Assembly (NCBI GenBank): GCA_965235115.1
Contig: OZ249446.1
Span: 6,882,001 to 6,946,000, forward strand
From: Laetmonice hystrix
Lineage: Eukaryota
DNA length: 64,000 bases
Direction: 5' to 3'
Part shown: in pieces, positions 1 to 13,500 of the stretch
How the letters are laid out: each line of letters opens with the position of its first letter
Numbering within the stretch: position 1 is the stretch's first letter
Position numbers and translations under genes: made by a program
Notes under the pieces: model-generated
What the model saw: only the letters and a program-made list of their open reading frames with translations
Told to the model about the DNA's origin: nothing
Database searches by the model: none

Positions 1-609
1 CAGTAGTCTGGATAAGCACAAAACCGGGCACTACAACAAGAAAAACGTGTTATCACATCGTGTTACATACGAGAATGCATGTTTCGATCGCATACTTGTC
101 AGAAGGCACTGGAACATTATTAGTTAACTCATGGAAGGAATAACATGCAGCACGGAATATGTACAGGGAATAATGAAGCAGGACCGAGACCTCGCTATAT
201 GTGTTACTTTCTATCATGCTTTCTATGAATGAAATCTGCATCGAGAGTACTGGCAAATGATAATGATAGCTGACTTAATGATAGCTAATGATATTACTGA
301 CAATTATAATGATGATGGTGATGAAAGAACTTATGGAAAAATCTCTGATTTTGCTCCATCTCGACAGTATTAAGGCCATATTCACAATGAGGACGTTTAT
401 ACATTTTTCAGTCTACGTGAAATATATCACCTCCCCCAAATCCCAGCTTGGTGCTGCAAAGGGGAACCCTGAGTGTATTTGTGTTGGAGGGGGGTGTCTC
501 TGGTTCTTATGAGGATATGATATGGATTATTTTAGTCCCCGGCAACCGTGGCTGGATATACCACTGAGCCTCGACTTGTACTGTCGAGGGTCATCAACTG
601 GGGGGCGGG

Positions 610-742
610 GGCGGATCCAGGAGGCCAAAGGCCTTGGCACCCACTAAAAAAAGGCTTGCTATTATATTTGTTATCCCTCCCGCTTGTGAACAAAATTAAA
701 TTTCGAAAAACTAACCCCACCCTACATAATCCTGGATCCGCC
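610..742. mobile_element. Short MITE-like inverted-repeat element
   Basis: Perfect 13-bp inverted repeats GGCGGATCCAGGA (610-622) / TCCTGGATCCGCC (730-742); no coding content; TSD not evident. Confidence 0.65.
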
Positions 743-975
743 AATGGCAGGGCTGTTAAGATATCGTCTAATCCCAGCGGGCCATGAAACATGAACTGTC
801 CACACTTTGTAGTTTAGGCGTTAATCACAATTGACTAACTACGGACTAAATACATGCCTGCATGAGAAAACATAAGACAATACAGAAGGCACAACATCGG
901 ATTAATATTGATGATACACACTACAGATTAATAGTTAAGCTAATTTCCAAAACAGAAAAACATGAAAAAACTTGC

Positions 976-1590
976 TTGGAGGTGGAGCAGTGGTACCACA
1001 AGCCTGTTCTAACAGCGCTTCAAAAATGCTTGCTAATTGTTGGAAATCTGGTGACGTGAAGTAATTCTGGCCAAGAAGCTGCGGTGGCGAAGACAGGCCT
1101 CGTAACTCATCTTCATCAATTGAGTTGGTGATTCCGATTGCTACCATCTCGATGTTATCTCTGCGAAGGTCCTCAGCAATGGGCAATGTTAGGACTGAGT
1201 CAAAGGTGGATTTTCCGTCCGTTATAACTATTGCCAGATTGGGTACATCTGGTCTGTCTCCACCACGGCGGCTGAAAAGTTGGCTTCTTGCTACCCATAG
1301 TCCACCAGAGGTATTGGTGTTTGCACCTGGGTAGGTGATACCCAGGAAGGCGTTTGCGAGTTCTTCTCCATTGGTGAATTGGTTCAAGTCAAAGAGTAAT
1401 GTCCCTCTGTCACTAAAGACGACAGCACCAACATGAGTACCAGCACGTGATATTGAAAGTCTCCGTGCAACATTTGCCAAGAACTCAAGAAGTAGCTGCC
1501 AGTTGTCAAAAGATCCGTCCCGTGGATTAGCATCCCGGATACTTCCAGAGCCATCAATAATAATTCCTATATCCAGGACGGCTTCACATG
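976..1590 (-). CDS. VWA exon, class L (ACEAVLDIG...QACGTTAPPP), 615 nt
   Basis: Acceptor TTTCTAG|CA; donor CCAA|GCAAGT (970-975); MIDAS intact. Confidence 0.92.
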
Positions 1591-4500
1591 CTAGAAACAA
1601 AATGCATTTTGAATCAGAAAGACCACCCCTCATTAAAAAAGGGTAAGTTATACCAACCTGTTTTTAACCTAAGGATATTCATCATTGGGAGTATAGAAAA
1701 TATGGTAAACTTTTATCACGGGTTCTATCTTCTATTTTTACGATGTTCGCCTAATATTGCTGATATAATTAGGGCACTGGGGAGAAGTGTCACTCCTGCA
1801 TAGCGAAAAGTTACTTTTCAGGGGTGTAGCCAGGGGGGTCGAATGGGGCCTTGCCCGCCCCCAACCCAACCCAAATTTACATATAAGTATATAACAAAGC
1901 CGCATCCCAATTACTGATTTTTTGGTGATATGTGCATACATATGTGAGCTGTTTAGCTTTGCTGCGGAATCCCCCCCCCCCCAAGAAAATCCTGGTTACA
2001 CCCCTGGTTTTAGCCCACGTAACTGGGCGTGTATTGGTAAATCACTCTACTGAAATGTGGTAATTTACGATGAGCTATAAATTCCATTGAATGCAGTAGG
2101 AATAACTTGCCACGAGGAGTTGTTGGTGGAGGTGGTGGTGGTGTTCTCACACATGCTTGAAGCAATAAACCTTCAATGATGTTTTCCAACTGTTGGAAAT
2201 CTGGTGACGTGAAGTAATTCTGGCCAAGAACCTGTGGTGCCGAGGACAGACCTCGTAACTCATCTTCATCAATTGAGTTGGTGATACCGATTGATACCAT
2301 CTCGATGTTATCTCTGCGAAGGTCCTCAGCAATGGGCAATGTTCGTTCCGAGTCAAAGGTGGATTTTCCGTCCGTTATAACTATGACCAGATTGGGTACA
2401 TCTGGTCTGTCTCCACCACGGCGGCTGAAAAGTTGGCTTCTTGCTACCCATAGTCCACCAGAGGTATTGGTGTTTGCACCTGGGTAGGTGATACCCAGGA
2501 AGGCGTTTGCGAGTTCATCTCCATTGGTGAATTCGTTCAAGTCAAAGAGTAATGTCCCTCTGTCACTAAAGACGACAGCACCAACATGAGTACCAGCACG
2601 TGATATTGAAAGTCTCCGTGCAACATTTGCCAAGAACTCAAGAAGTAGCTGCCAGTTGTCAAAAGATCCGTCCCGTGGATTAGCATCTCGGATGCTTCCG
2701 GACCCATCAATTATAAATCCTATATCCAAGACTGCTTCGCATGCTGTAAATAAGTACATAATTAGACATGAATTTATTATTATATACTCACTCAAAACAA
2801 AGTTGTAGGTTGATCCCTTGCAATGATTAAACGATTAAAATTGAGTTGCCTTGTGGCTAGGTTGATCGGAGGCTTAATGTAGAAGCTGTCACCTTTGATA
2901 TCAATTAAAACACATAATTACGAATAATACATTGCAATCTTCGACAGAAAACATGGTGGTTATTATGCAGACCACATTAAATCTAAAAAGGAAATTGTAT
3001 ATCGATAATAAATGTTGATAAATCATAAGTTTGTGATCTCCTATCTACATAGAAAATGGTAAGTAAACACGAATTCATCATTAATTCAAAATCTCCATGC
3101 AACATTTGCCAAGAATTCAAGAAGTAACTGCCAGTTATCGAAATAGTCGTCCAGTGGATTAGCATTGTAGGGTAAACACGTAAAGCTCTTGAAAGTATCA
3201 TGAAATCATAACGCCAGGAGCGGGTACCACCAAACCATCACATAGACATGAACTTCACATGCTACATAATCTGTACATAGTTTTATTCATCAGAACAGTG
3301 ACTCATTAATCAACAGGTATATTAGAAAATCATGGTTTCGTGGGAGTAGGTCATTCAGGGTAATAGCCACATGCAAGACAGGAACGATCATGTTGACACT
3401 AAACAGTTTTTTTCCGCGGGGTAGCAGCTCTGTAATGTAAGTATGGTATTACTCTAATACAAAGGTATCTTCCCTAAAAAGTCAGTGAAGGTGCATGCAA
3501 TCATGAATAAGATTTTGTACATAATCTTAAATGTTTAGTTAATACTAAGTATTATCACTCGATAAAGCTGAAGTACAACATGTATTGCTGAGTAGCTATA
3601 TTATCATGTTGCCCTTGTAGATGTTAGTTGATGCGATCATAACTGACATGATTGAGTCTGTATCTCTGTCAGTTCTAATTGCATACATATCTGTTATGTT
3701 AAATAATGATTCCGTTAGCATAACAATCAAACATTAGAGGGGGTCTCGGCATGAGAAATTATAACTTGCCAGGGGGAGTTGTCGGTGGAGGGGGCGGTGG
3801 TGTTCTCACACATGCCTGAAGCAATAAACCTTCAATGATGCCTTCCAATTGTTGGAAATCTGCTGACGTGAAGTAATTCTGGCCAAGAACCTGTGGTCGC
3901 GAAGACAGGCCTCGTAACTCATCTTCATCAATTGAGTTTGTGATACCGATTGATACCATCTCAATGTTATCTCTGCGAAGGTCCTCAGCAATGGGCAATG
4001 TTAGGTCTGAGTCAAAGGTGGATTTTCCGTCCGTTATAACTATGAGCAGATTGGGTACGTCTGGTCTGTCTCCACCACGGCGGCTGAAAAGTTGGCTTCT
4101 TGCTACCCATAGTCCACCAGAGGTATTGGTGTTTGCACCTGGGTAGGTGATACCCAGGAAGGCGTTTGCGAGTTCATCTCCATTGGTGAATTGGTTCAAG
4201 TCAAAGAGTAATGTCCCTCTGTCACTAAAGACGACAGCACCAACATGAGTACCAGCACGTGATATTGAAAGTCTCCGTGCAACATTTGCCAAGAACTCAA
4301 GAAGTAGCTGCCAGTTGTCAAAAGATCCGTCCCGTGGATTAGCATCCCGGATGCTTCCAGACCCATCAATAACAAATCCTATATCCAGGACTGCCTCGCA
4401 CGCTGGAACCGAAGATATCATTAATACTTTATCATAACAGAGTCTTATATTCCAGACAGTCATCATATTTTTTTGACAAAACTGTTTCGAAATATTTTTC

Positions 4501-7500
4501 AAATTAAGTTTTGAAGGAATACAAGATCAACTCCTTAAGATGGCATGCACAGAGATAATGCAAAACAGATGCAAATTTAAGGCATGTTTTAAAAATCTCC
4601 TGGGTCAGTCAAAGAAGGGTTTCGTTAATCTCACATTGATACCTCTCCAATAAAAAAAGTGTATAATCTACATGTATCCTGATTTCCTCACATATAGGTG
4701 TAGAACAATGAAATGAAGAACGTATCTCAATTTGTCTAGTCTGTCTTCAAACACGTTATGGTGAGGACATAAGGTTTGAGTGTTTCAGTTAATCCAAGTG
4801 GTAAGCACACCAGGGACAGGTATTAAAATATAAAAGCATCGTTTGAAGATGCATCTGTGTATTCTAAGGATCACTACTGTACAAATAAGACAAATACTGG
4901 CGTTGAAGGCAGGCTTAGTATATCTAGATACACTTAAGTTATATATTTCCTGTGGAAACAGTGTTAAATGTTATGTACTTGATGCAATTATGTTAATCAA
5001 ATTTATACTCTTGTTTTATTTCTAATGGTTGTGTGGGGAAGATGGTTCTTTTTTAATGTACACCAGGTTTTTCATGCCACTACGTTGGTCCGGTTTGAAC
5101 TCTCCACATTCTTGCAATATGTACATGGCATTCTCTGCATTTCACCATGAGTGTATTGGAAACTATTGAAGGGGTTTACTAGTCTACATTAAGAAGACGA
5201 GCACAAAATAGGAACAACTTGCCAGGAGGAGTTGTTGGTGGAGGTGGTGGTGGGGTTCTTACGCATGCTTGAACAAGAAGGCCTTCAATGATGCCTTCTA
5301 ACTGTTGGAAATCTGCTGACGTGAAGTAATTCTGGCCAAGAACCTGTGGTCGCGAAGACAGGCCTCGTAACTCATCTTCATCAATTGAGTTTGTGATACC
5401 GATTGATACCATCTCAATGTTATCTCTGCGAAGATCCTCAGCAATGGGCAATGTTAGGTCCGAGTCAAAGGTGGATTTTCCGTCCGTTATAACTATGAGC
5501 AGATTGGGTACGTCTGGTCTGTCTCCACCACGGCGGCTGAAAAGTTGGCTTCTTGCTACCCATAGTCCACCAGAGGTATTGGTGTTTGCACCTGGGTAGG
5601 TGATACCCAGGAAGGCGTTTGCGAGTTCTTCTCCATTGGTGAATTGGTTCAAGTCAAAGAGTAATGTCCCTCTGTCACTAAAGACGACAGCACCAACATG
5701 AGTACCAGCACGTGATATTGAAAGTCTCCGTGCAACATTTGCCAAGAACTCAAGAAGTAGCTGCCAGTTGTCAAAAGATCCGTCCCGTGGATTAGCATCC
5801 CGGATGCTTCCAGACCCATCAATAACAAATCCTATATCCAGGACTGCCTCACACGCTGGAACCGAAGATATCATTAATACTTTATCATAACAGAGTCTTA
5901 TATCCCAGACAGTCATCATATTTTTTTGACAAAACTGTTTCGAAATATTTTTCAAATTAAGTTTTGAAGGAATACAAGATCAACTCCTTAAGATGGCATG
6001 CACAGAGATAATGCAAAACAGATGCAAATTAAAGGCATGTTTTAAAAATCTCCTGGGTCAGTCAAAGAAGGGTTTCGTTAATCTCACATTGATACCTCTC
6101 CAATAAAAAAGTGTATAATCTACATGTATCCTGATTTCCTCACATATAGGTGTAGAACAATGAAATGAAGAACGTATCTCAATTTGTCTAGTCTGTCTTC
6201 AAACACGTTATGGTGAGGACATAAGGTTTGAGTGTTTCAGTTAATCCAAGTGGTAAGCACACCAGGGACAGGTATTAAAATATAAAAGCATCGTTTGAAG
6301 ATGCATCTGTGTATTCTAAGGATCACTACTGTACAAATAAGACAAATACTGGCGTTGAAGGCAGGCTTAGTATATCTAGATACACTTAAGTTATATATTT
6401 CCTGTGGAAACAGTGTTAAATGTTATGTACTTGATGCAATTATGTTAATCAAATTTATACTCTTGTTTTATTTCTAATGGTTGTGTGGGGAAGATGGTTC
6501 TTTTTTAATGTACACCAGGTTTTTCATGCCACTACGTTGGTCCGGTTTGAACTCTCCACATTCTTGCAATATGTACATGGCATTCTCTGCATTTCACCAT
6601 GAGTGTATTGGAAACTATTGAAGGGTTTACTAGTCTACATTAAGAAGACGAGCACAAAATAGGAACAACTTGCCAGGAGGAGTTGTTGGTGGAGGTGGTG
6701 GTGGGGTTCTTACGCATGCTTGAACAAGAAGGCCTTCAATGATGCCTTCTAACTGTTGGAAATCTGCTGACGTGAAGTAATTCTGGCCAAGAACCTGTGG
6801 TCGCGAAGACAGGCCTCGTAACTCATCTTCATCAATTGAGTTTGTGATACCGATTGATACCATCTCAATGTTATCTCTGCGAAGATCCTCAGCAATGGGC
6901 AATGTTAGGTCCGAGTCAAAGGTGGATTTTCCGTCCGTTATAACTATGAGCAGATTGGGTACGTCTGGTCTGTCTCCACCACGGCGGCTGAAAAGTTGGC
7001 TTCTTGCTACCCATAGTCCACCAGAGGTATTGGTGTTTGCACCTGGGTAGGTGATACCCAGGAAGGCGTTTGCGAGTTCTTCTCCATTGGTGAATTGGTT
7101 CAAGTCAAAGAGTAATGTCCCTCTGTCACTAAAGACGACAGCACCAACATGAGTACCAGCACGTGATATTGAAAGTCTCCGTGCAACATTTGCCAAGAAC
7201 TCAAGAAGTAGCTGCCAGTTGTCAAAAGATCCGTCCCGTGGATTAGCATCCCGGATGCTTCCAGACCCATCAATAACAAATCCTATATCCAGGACTGCCT
7301 CACACGCTGGAACCGAAGATATCATTAATACTTTATCATAACAGAGTCTTATATCCCAGACAGTCATCATATTTTTTTGACAAAACTGTTTCGAAATATT
7401 TTTCAAATTAAGTTTTGAAGGAATACAAGATCAACTCCTTAAGATGGCATGCACAGAGATAATGCAAAACAGATGCAAATTTAAGGCATGTTTTAAAAAT

Positions 7501-10500
7501 CTCCTGGGTCAGTCAAAGAAGGGTTTCGTTAATCTCACATTGATACCTCTCCAATAAAAAAAGTGTATAATCTACATGTATCCTGATTTCCTCACATATA
7601 GGTGTAGAACAATGAAATGAAGAACGTATCTCAATTTGTCTAGTCTGTCTTCAAACACGTTATGGTGAGGACATAAGGTTTGAGTGTTTCAGTTAATCCA
7701 AGTGGTAAGCACACCAGGGACAGGTATTAAAATATAAAAGCATCGTTTGAAGATGCATCTGTGTATTCTAAGGATCACTACTGTACAAATAAGACAAATA
7801 CTGGCGTTGAAGGCAGGCTTAGTATATCTAGATGCACTTAAGTTATATATTTCCTGTGGAAACAGTGTTAAATGTTATGTACTTGATGCAATTATGTTAA
7901 TCAAATTTATACTCTTGTTTTATTTCTAATGGTTGTGTGGGGAAGATGGTTCTTTTTTAATGTACACCAGGTTTTTCATGCCACTACGTTGGTCCGGTTT
8001 GAACTCTCCACATTCTTGCAATATGTACATGGCATTCTCTGCATTTCACCATGAGTGTATTGGAAACTATTGAAGGGGTTTACTAGTCTACATTAAGAAG
8101 ACGAGCACAAAATAGGAACAACTTGCCAGGAGGAGTTGTTGGTGGAGGTGGTGGTGGGGTTCTTACGCATGCTTGAACAAGAAGGCCTTCAATGATGCCT
8201 TCTAACTGTTGGAAATCTGCTGACGTAAAGTAATTCTGGCCAAGAACCTGTGGTCGCGAAGACAGGCCTCGTAACTCATCTTCATCAATTGAGTTTGTGA
8301 TACCGATTGATACCATCTCAATGTTATCTCTGCGAAGATCCTCAGCAATGGGCAATGTTAGGTCCGAGTCAAAGGTGGATTTTCCGTCCGTTATAACTAT
8401 GAGCAGATTGGGTACGTCTGGTCTGTCTCCACCACGGCGGCTGAAAAGTTGGCTTCTTGCTACCCATAGTCCACCAGAGGTATTGGTGTTTGCACCTGGG
8501 TAGGTGATACCCAGGAAGGCGTTTGCGAGTTCTTCTCCATTGGTGAATCGGTTCAAGTCAAAGAGTAATGTCCCTCTGTCACTAAAGACGACAGCACCAA
8601 CATGAGTACCAGCACGTGATATTGAAAGTCTCCGTGCAACATTTGCCAAGAACTCAAGAAGTAGCTGCCAGTTGTCAAAAGATCCGTCCGGTGGATTAGC
8701 ATCCCGTATGCTTCCAGACCCATCAATAACAAATCCTATATCCAGCACGGCTTCGCAAACTAAAAAGGAATACCATACAATAAAACTACATATAAATTTA
8801 GTCATCGGTAATGTCAAAAAAGAAAAAGAATGTCAAGGAATAGATGTGTTATTGTAACAATATAGTTTATATTTAATCACATAAGCTACAAAACTGAAAT
8901 AAAGACAATTTAAATAAAACTTTACAAAAATTTAAAGATTCCACGAGAACCCTACAAACAAAGGATAGGAAACATTATAACTTTAAAATGACATTATTTT
9001 CTTCTCTTCTCGCCACGTACCTGCAATTCAATTGTATACAAAGCTCCAATTAATATAATATATAGCTCATCTATCCACGTTGAAAAAAAGAAAAAACCAA
9101 CGCCTTCCTGACACCTCAATGCATACACAGAATTATATACTATGTATGTATCGATTATGTTTAGATCAAACCCATCATTATAATGATAAAGACAAATACA
9201 CATACAGCTTCAGATATTCCAATACTATATGAAGCACACCACATGACGATCTCTAGTGAATTCAAATAAACACCAAAGCTAAATCTTCACACCTTATTCC
9301 ATTAAATCCAACAGTTTTACCACCAAACTTTACCTAAATGCCTAAGAAATCACTAACTTCTAATTCCTAGTCAATTCCTTTGTACCTCACAGTTACTCAG
9401 ATGCAGTCTTCAATAAAGCGTTCTACTCAGAATGTAACTTGCCATAACAGAAAGAACCAAATGTAAAGCTGCAGAGTATCTGACTGGAATCTAATGCCAC
9501 TCATCTGCTACTGATAACAACGACCATGCAGTACAAGTGTTAAAAACTTGCAAGGCGAGGTGGTTGTCTGCACTTCTTGAGTTGATGGTGCTGCCGTTTC
9601 GCATGCCTGTGTGAGAACCCCATCAAGAATGCCTTCAAGTTCCTGGAAATTTGGCGACGTAAAGTAATTCTGACCTCTCATTTGAGGTGGCGACGAAATG
9701 GCTCTCAGTTCCTCCTCATCAATGGAATCAGTAATGCCTATGGCAACGACATTAGCTCCGTCCCTTTGAAGGTCACGTGCAACTGGAACAGTCCGGTCTC
9801 TGTCAAAAGTGGACCTACCATCGGTGATAACAATGGCAATATTGGGGTAATTTGGACGGTCTCCATTGTTGACATTAAAAAGCTCACTGCGTGCAATGTA
9901 GAGACCACCCGACGTGTTGGTATTGGCCCCTGGATAACCAATGCCCAAAAAGGCTTGGCTCAAGCTGACAGCATCCCTATAAGTGTCCAGGCCAAAGACA
10001 AGTCGCCCAGTGTCGCTGAATACTACAGCACCAACTCGATTGGCATCATCTGACACAGACAATCTCCGTCCCACATTGGATAGAAATGTCAGCAGTAGGT
10101 CCCAGTTATCAAAAGAGCCATCTTCAGGATTGGCATCACGTATGCTTCCTGACCCGTCAATGATGAAGCCAAAATCAGCGCCCGCCTGGCACACTGCGAA
10201 GGACAACACTTTCAGGCAAATTTTCATGTGACATGGAATAGAGGGCATGCAAATCTCTACTGAATTCACAGAAAACAAAATAGCTACGTCTTCATTTTCC
10301 AATTTAGTAGACAAATCCCATCAATCTACCATCCAATTGTGCCTCTCAATTAATCTTGACAAATCACTAACTTCTAATTCCTACTCAATTCCTTTGTACC
10401 TCACAGTTACTCAGATGCAGTCTTCAATAAAGCGTTCTACTCAGAATGTAACTTGCCATAACAGAAAGAACCAAATGTAAAGCTGCAGAGTATCTGACTG

Positions 10501-13500
10501 GAATCTAATGCCACTCATCTGCTACTGATAACAACGACCATGCAGTACAAGTGTTAAAAACTTGCCAGGCGAGGTGGTTGTCTGCACTTCTTGAGTTGAT
10601 GGTGCTGCCGTTTCGCATGCCTGTGTGAGAACCCCATCAAGAATGCCTTCAAGTTCCTGGAAATTTGGCGACGTAAAGTAATTCTGACCTCTCATTTGAG
10701 GTGGCGACGAAATGGCTCTCAGTTCCTCCTCATCAATGGAATCAGTAATGCCTATGGCAACGACATTAGCTCCGTCCCTTTGAAGGTCACGTGCAACTGG
10801 AACAGTCCGGTCTCTGTCAAAAGTGGACCTACCATCGGTGATAACAATGGCAATATTGGGGTAATTTGGACGGTCTCCATTGTTGACATTAAAAAGCTCA
10901 CTGCGTGCAATGTAGAGACCACCCGACGTGTTGGTATTGGCCCCTGGATAACCAATGCCCAAAAAGGCTTGGCTCAAGCTGACAGCATCCCTATAAGTGT
11001 CCAGGCCAAAGACAAGTCGCCCAGTGTCGCTGAAGACTACAGCACCAACTCGATTGGCATCATCTGACACAGACAACCTCCGTCCCACATTGGATAGAAA
11101 TGTCAGCAGTAGGTCCCAGTTATCAAAAGAGCCATCTTCAGGATTGGCATCACGTATGCTTCCTGACCCGTCAATGATGAAGCCAAAATCAGCGCCCGCC
11201 TGGCACACTGCGAAGGACGACACTTTCAGGCAAATTTTCATGTGACATGGAATAGAGGGCATGCAAATCTCTACTGAATTCACAGAAAACAAAATAGCTA
11301 CGTCTTCATTTGCCAATTTGGTAGACAAATCCCAATCAATCTACCATCCAATTGTGCCTCTCAATTAATCTTGACAAATCACTAACTTCTAATTCCTACT
11401 CAATTCCTTTGTACCTCACAGTTACTCGGATGCAGTCTTCAATAAAGCGTTCTACTCAGAATGTAACTTGCCATAACAGAAAGAACCAAATGTAAAGCTG
11501 CAGAGTATCTGACTGGAATCTACTGCCACTCATCTGCTACTGATAACAACGACCATGCAGTACAAGTGTTAAAAACTTGCCAGGCGAGGTGGTTGTCTGC
11601 ACTTCTTGAGTTGATGGTGCTGCCGTTTCGCATGCCTGTGTGAGAACCCCATCAAGAATGCCTTCAAGTTCCTGGAAATTTGGCGACGTAAAGTAATTCT
11701 GACCTCTCATTTGAGGTGGCGACGAAATGGCTCTCAGTTCCTCCTCATCAATGGAATCAGTAATGCCTATGGCAACGACATTAGCTCCGTCCCTTTGAAG
11801 GTCACGTGCAACTGGAACAGTCCGGTCTCTGTCAAAAGTGGACCTACCATCGGTGATAACAATGGCAATATTGGGGTAATTTGGACGGTCTCCATTGTTG
11901 ACATTAAAAAGCTCACTGCGTGCAATGTAGAGACCACCCGACGTGTTGGTATTGGCCCCTGGATAACCAATGCCCAAAAAGGCTTGGCTCAAGCTGACAG
12001 CATCCCTATAAGTGTCCAGGCCAAAGACAAGTCGCCCAGTGTCGCTGAAGACTACAGCACCAACTCGATTGGCATCATCTGACACAGACAACCTCCGTCC
12101 CACATTGGATAGAAATGTCAGCAGTAGGTCCCAGTTATCAAAAGAGCCATCTTCAGGATTGGCATCACGTATGCTTCCTGACCCGTCAATGATGAAGCCA
12201 AAATCAGCGCCCGCCTGGCACACTGCGAAGGACGACACTTTCAGGCAAATTTTCATGTGACATGGAATAGAGGGCATGCAAATCTCTACTGAATTCACAG
12301 AAAACAAAATAGCTACGTCTTCATTTGCCAATTTAGTAGACAAATCCCAATCAATCTACCATCCAATTGTGCCTCTCAATTAATCTTGACAAATCACTAA
12401 CTTCTAATTCCTACTCAATTCCTTTGTACCTCACAGTTACTCAGATGCAGTCTTCAATAAAGCGTTCTACTCAGAATGTAACTTGCCATAACAGAAAGAA
12501 CCAAATGTAAAGCTGCAGAGTATCTGACTGGAATCTACTGCCACTCATCTGCTACTGATAACAACGACCATGCAGTACAAGTGTTAAAAACTTGCCAGGC
12601 GAGGTGGTTGTCTGCACTTCTTGAGTTGATGGTGCTGCCGTTTCGCATGCCTGTGTGAGAACCCCATCAAGAATGCCTTCAAGTTCCTGGAAATTTGGCG
12701 ACGTAAAGTAATTCTGACCTCTCATTTGAGGTGGCGACGAAATGGCTCTCAGTTCCTCCTCATCAATGGAATCAGTAATGCCTATGGCAACGACATTAGC
12801 TCCGTCCCTTTGAAGGTCACGTGCAACTGGAACAGTCCGGTCTCTGTCAAAAGTGGACCTACCATCGGTGATAACAATGGCAATATTGGGGTAATTTGGA
12901 CGGTCTCCATTGTTGACATTAAAAAGCTCACTGCGTGCAATGTAGAGACCACCCGACGTGTTGGTATTGGCCCCTGGATAACCAATGCCCAAAAAGGCTT
13001 GGCTCAAGCTGACAGCATCCCTATAAGTGTCCAGGCCAAAGACAAGTCGCCCAGTGTCGCTGAATACTACAGCACCAACTCGATTGGCATCATCTGACAC
13101 AGACAATCTCCGTCCCACATTGGATAGAAATGTCAGCAGTAGGTCCCAGTTATCAAAAGAGCCATCTTCAGGATTGGCATCACGTATGCTTCCTGACCCG
13201 TCAATGATGAAGCCAAAATCAGCGCCCGCCTGGCACACTGCGAAGGACGACACTTTCAGGCAAATTTTCATGTGACATGGAATAGAGGGCATGCAAATCT
13301 CTACTGAATTCACAGAAAACAAAATAGCTACGTCTTCATTTGCCAATTTAGTAGACAAATCCCAATCAATCTACCATCCAATTGTGCCTCTCAATTAATC
13401 TTGACAAATCACTAACTTCTAATTCCTACTCAATTCCTTTGTACCTCACAGTTACTCAGATGCAGTCTTCAATAAAGCGTTCTACTCAGAATGTAACTTG

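Larger units (their letters stand above)
3764..8759. repeat. Tandem repeat, ~1452-bp unit (633-nt exon + ~820-nt intron), 4 exons and 3 full introns
   Basis: Exon offsets 1453/1451/1453; the three introns are near-identical. Confidence 0.95.

Noticed and set aside
53-256. 67-aa minus ORF with a phase-1 TTTGCCAG acceptor as a possible last exon of the left cluster
   Set aside because: No similarity to a known domain, weak pyrimidine tract and no supporting poly(A) signal in view
531-850. 8-bp inverted repeat TTTAGTCC/GGACTAAA enclosing the 610-742 element, plus a 7-bp hairpin at 569-589
   Set aside because: Too short to exclude chance; no clear target-site duplication
5040-5165. VWA-like translation (NAENAMYILQE..F.PDQRSGMKNLVYI) in the 1452-bp unit intron
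   Set aside because: Needs a frameshift and lacks the diagnostic TDG/GDRP residues; not distinguishable from chance without an HMM search
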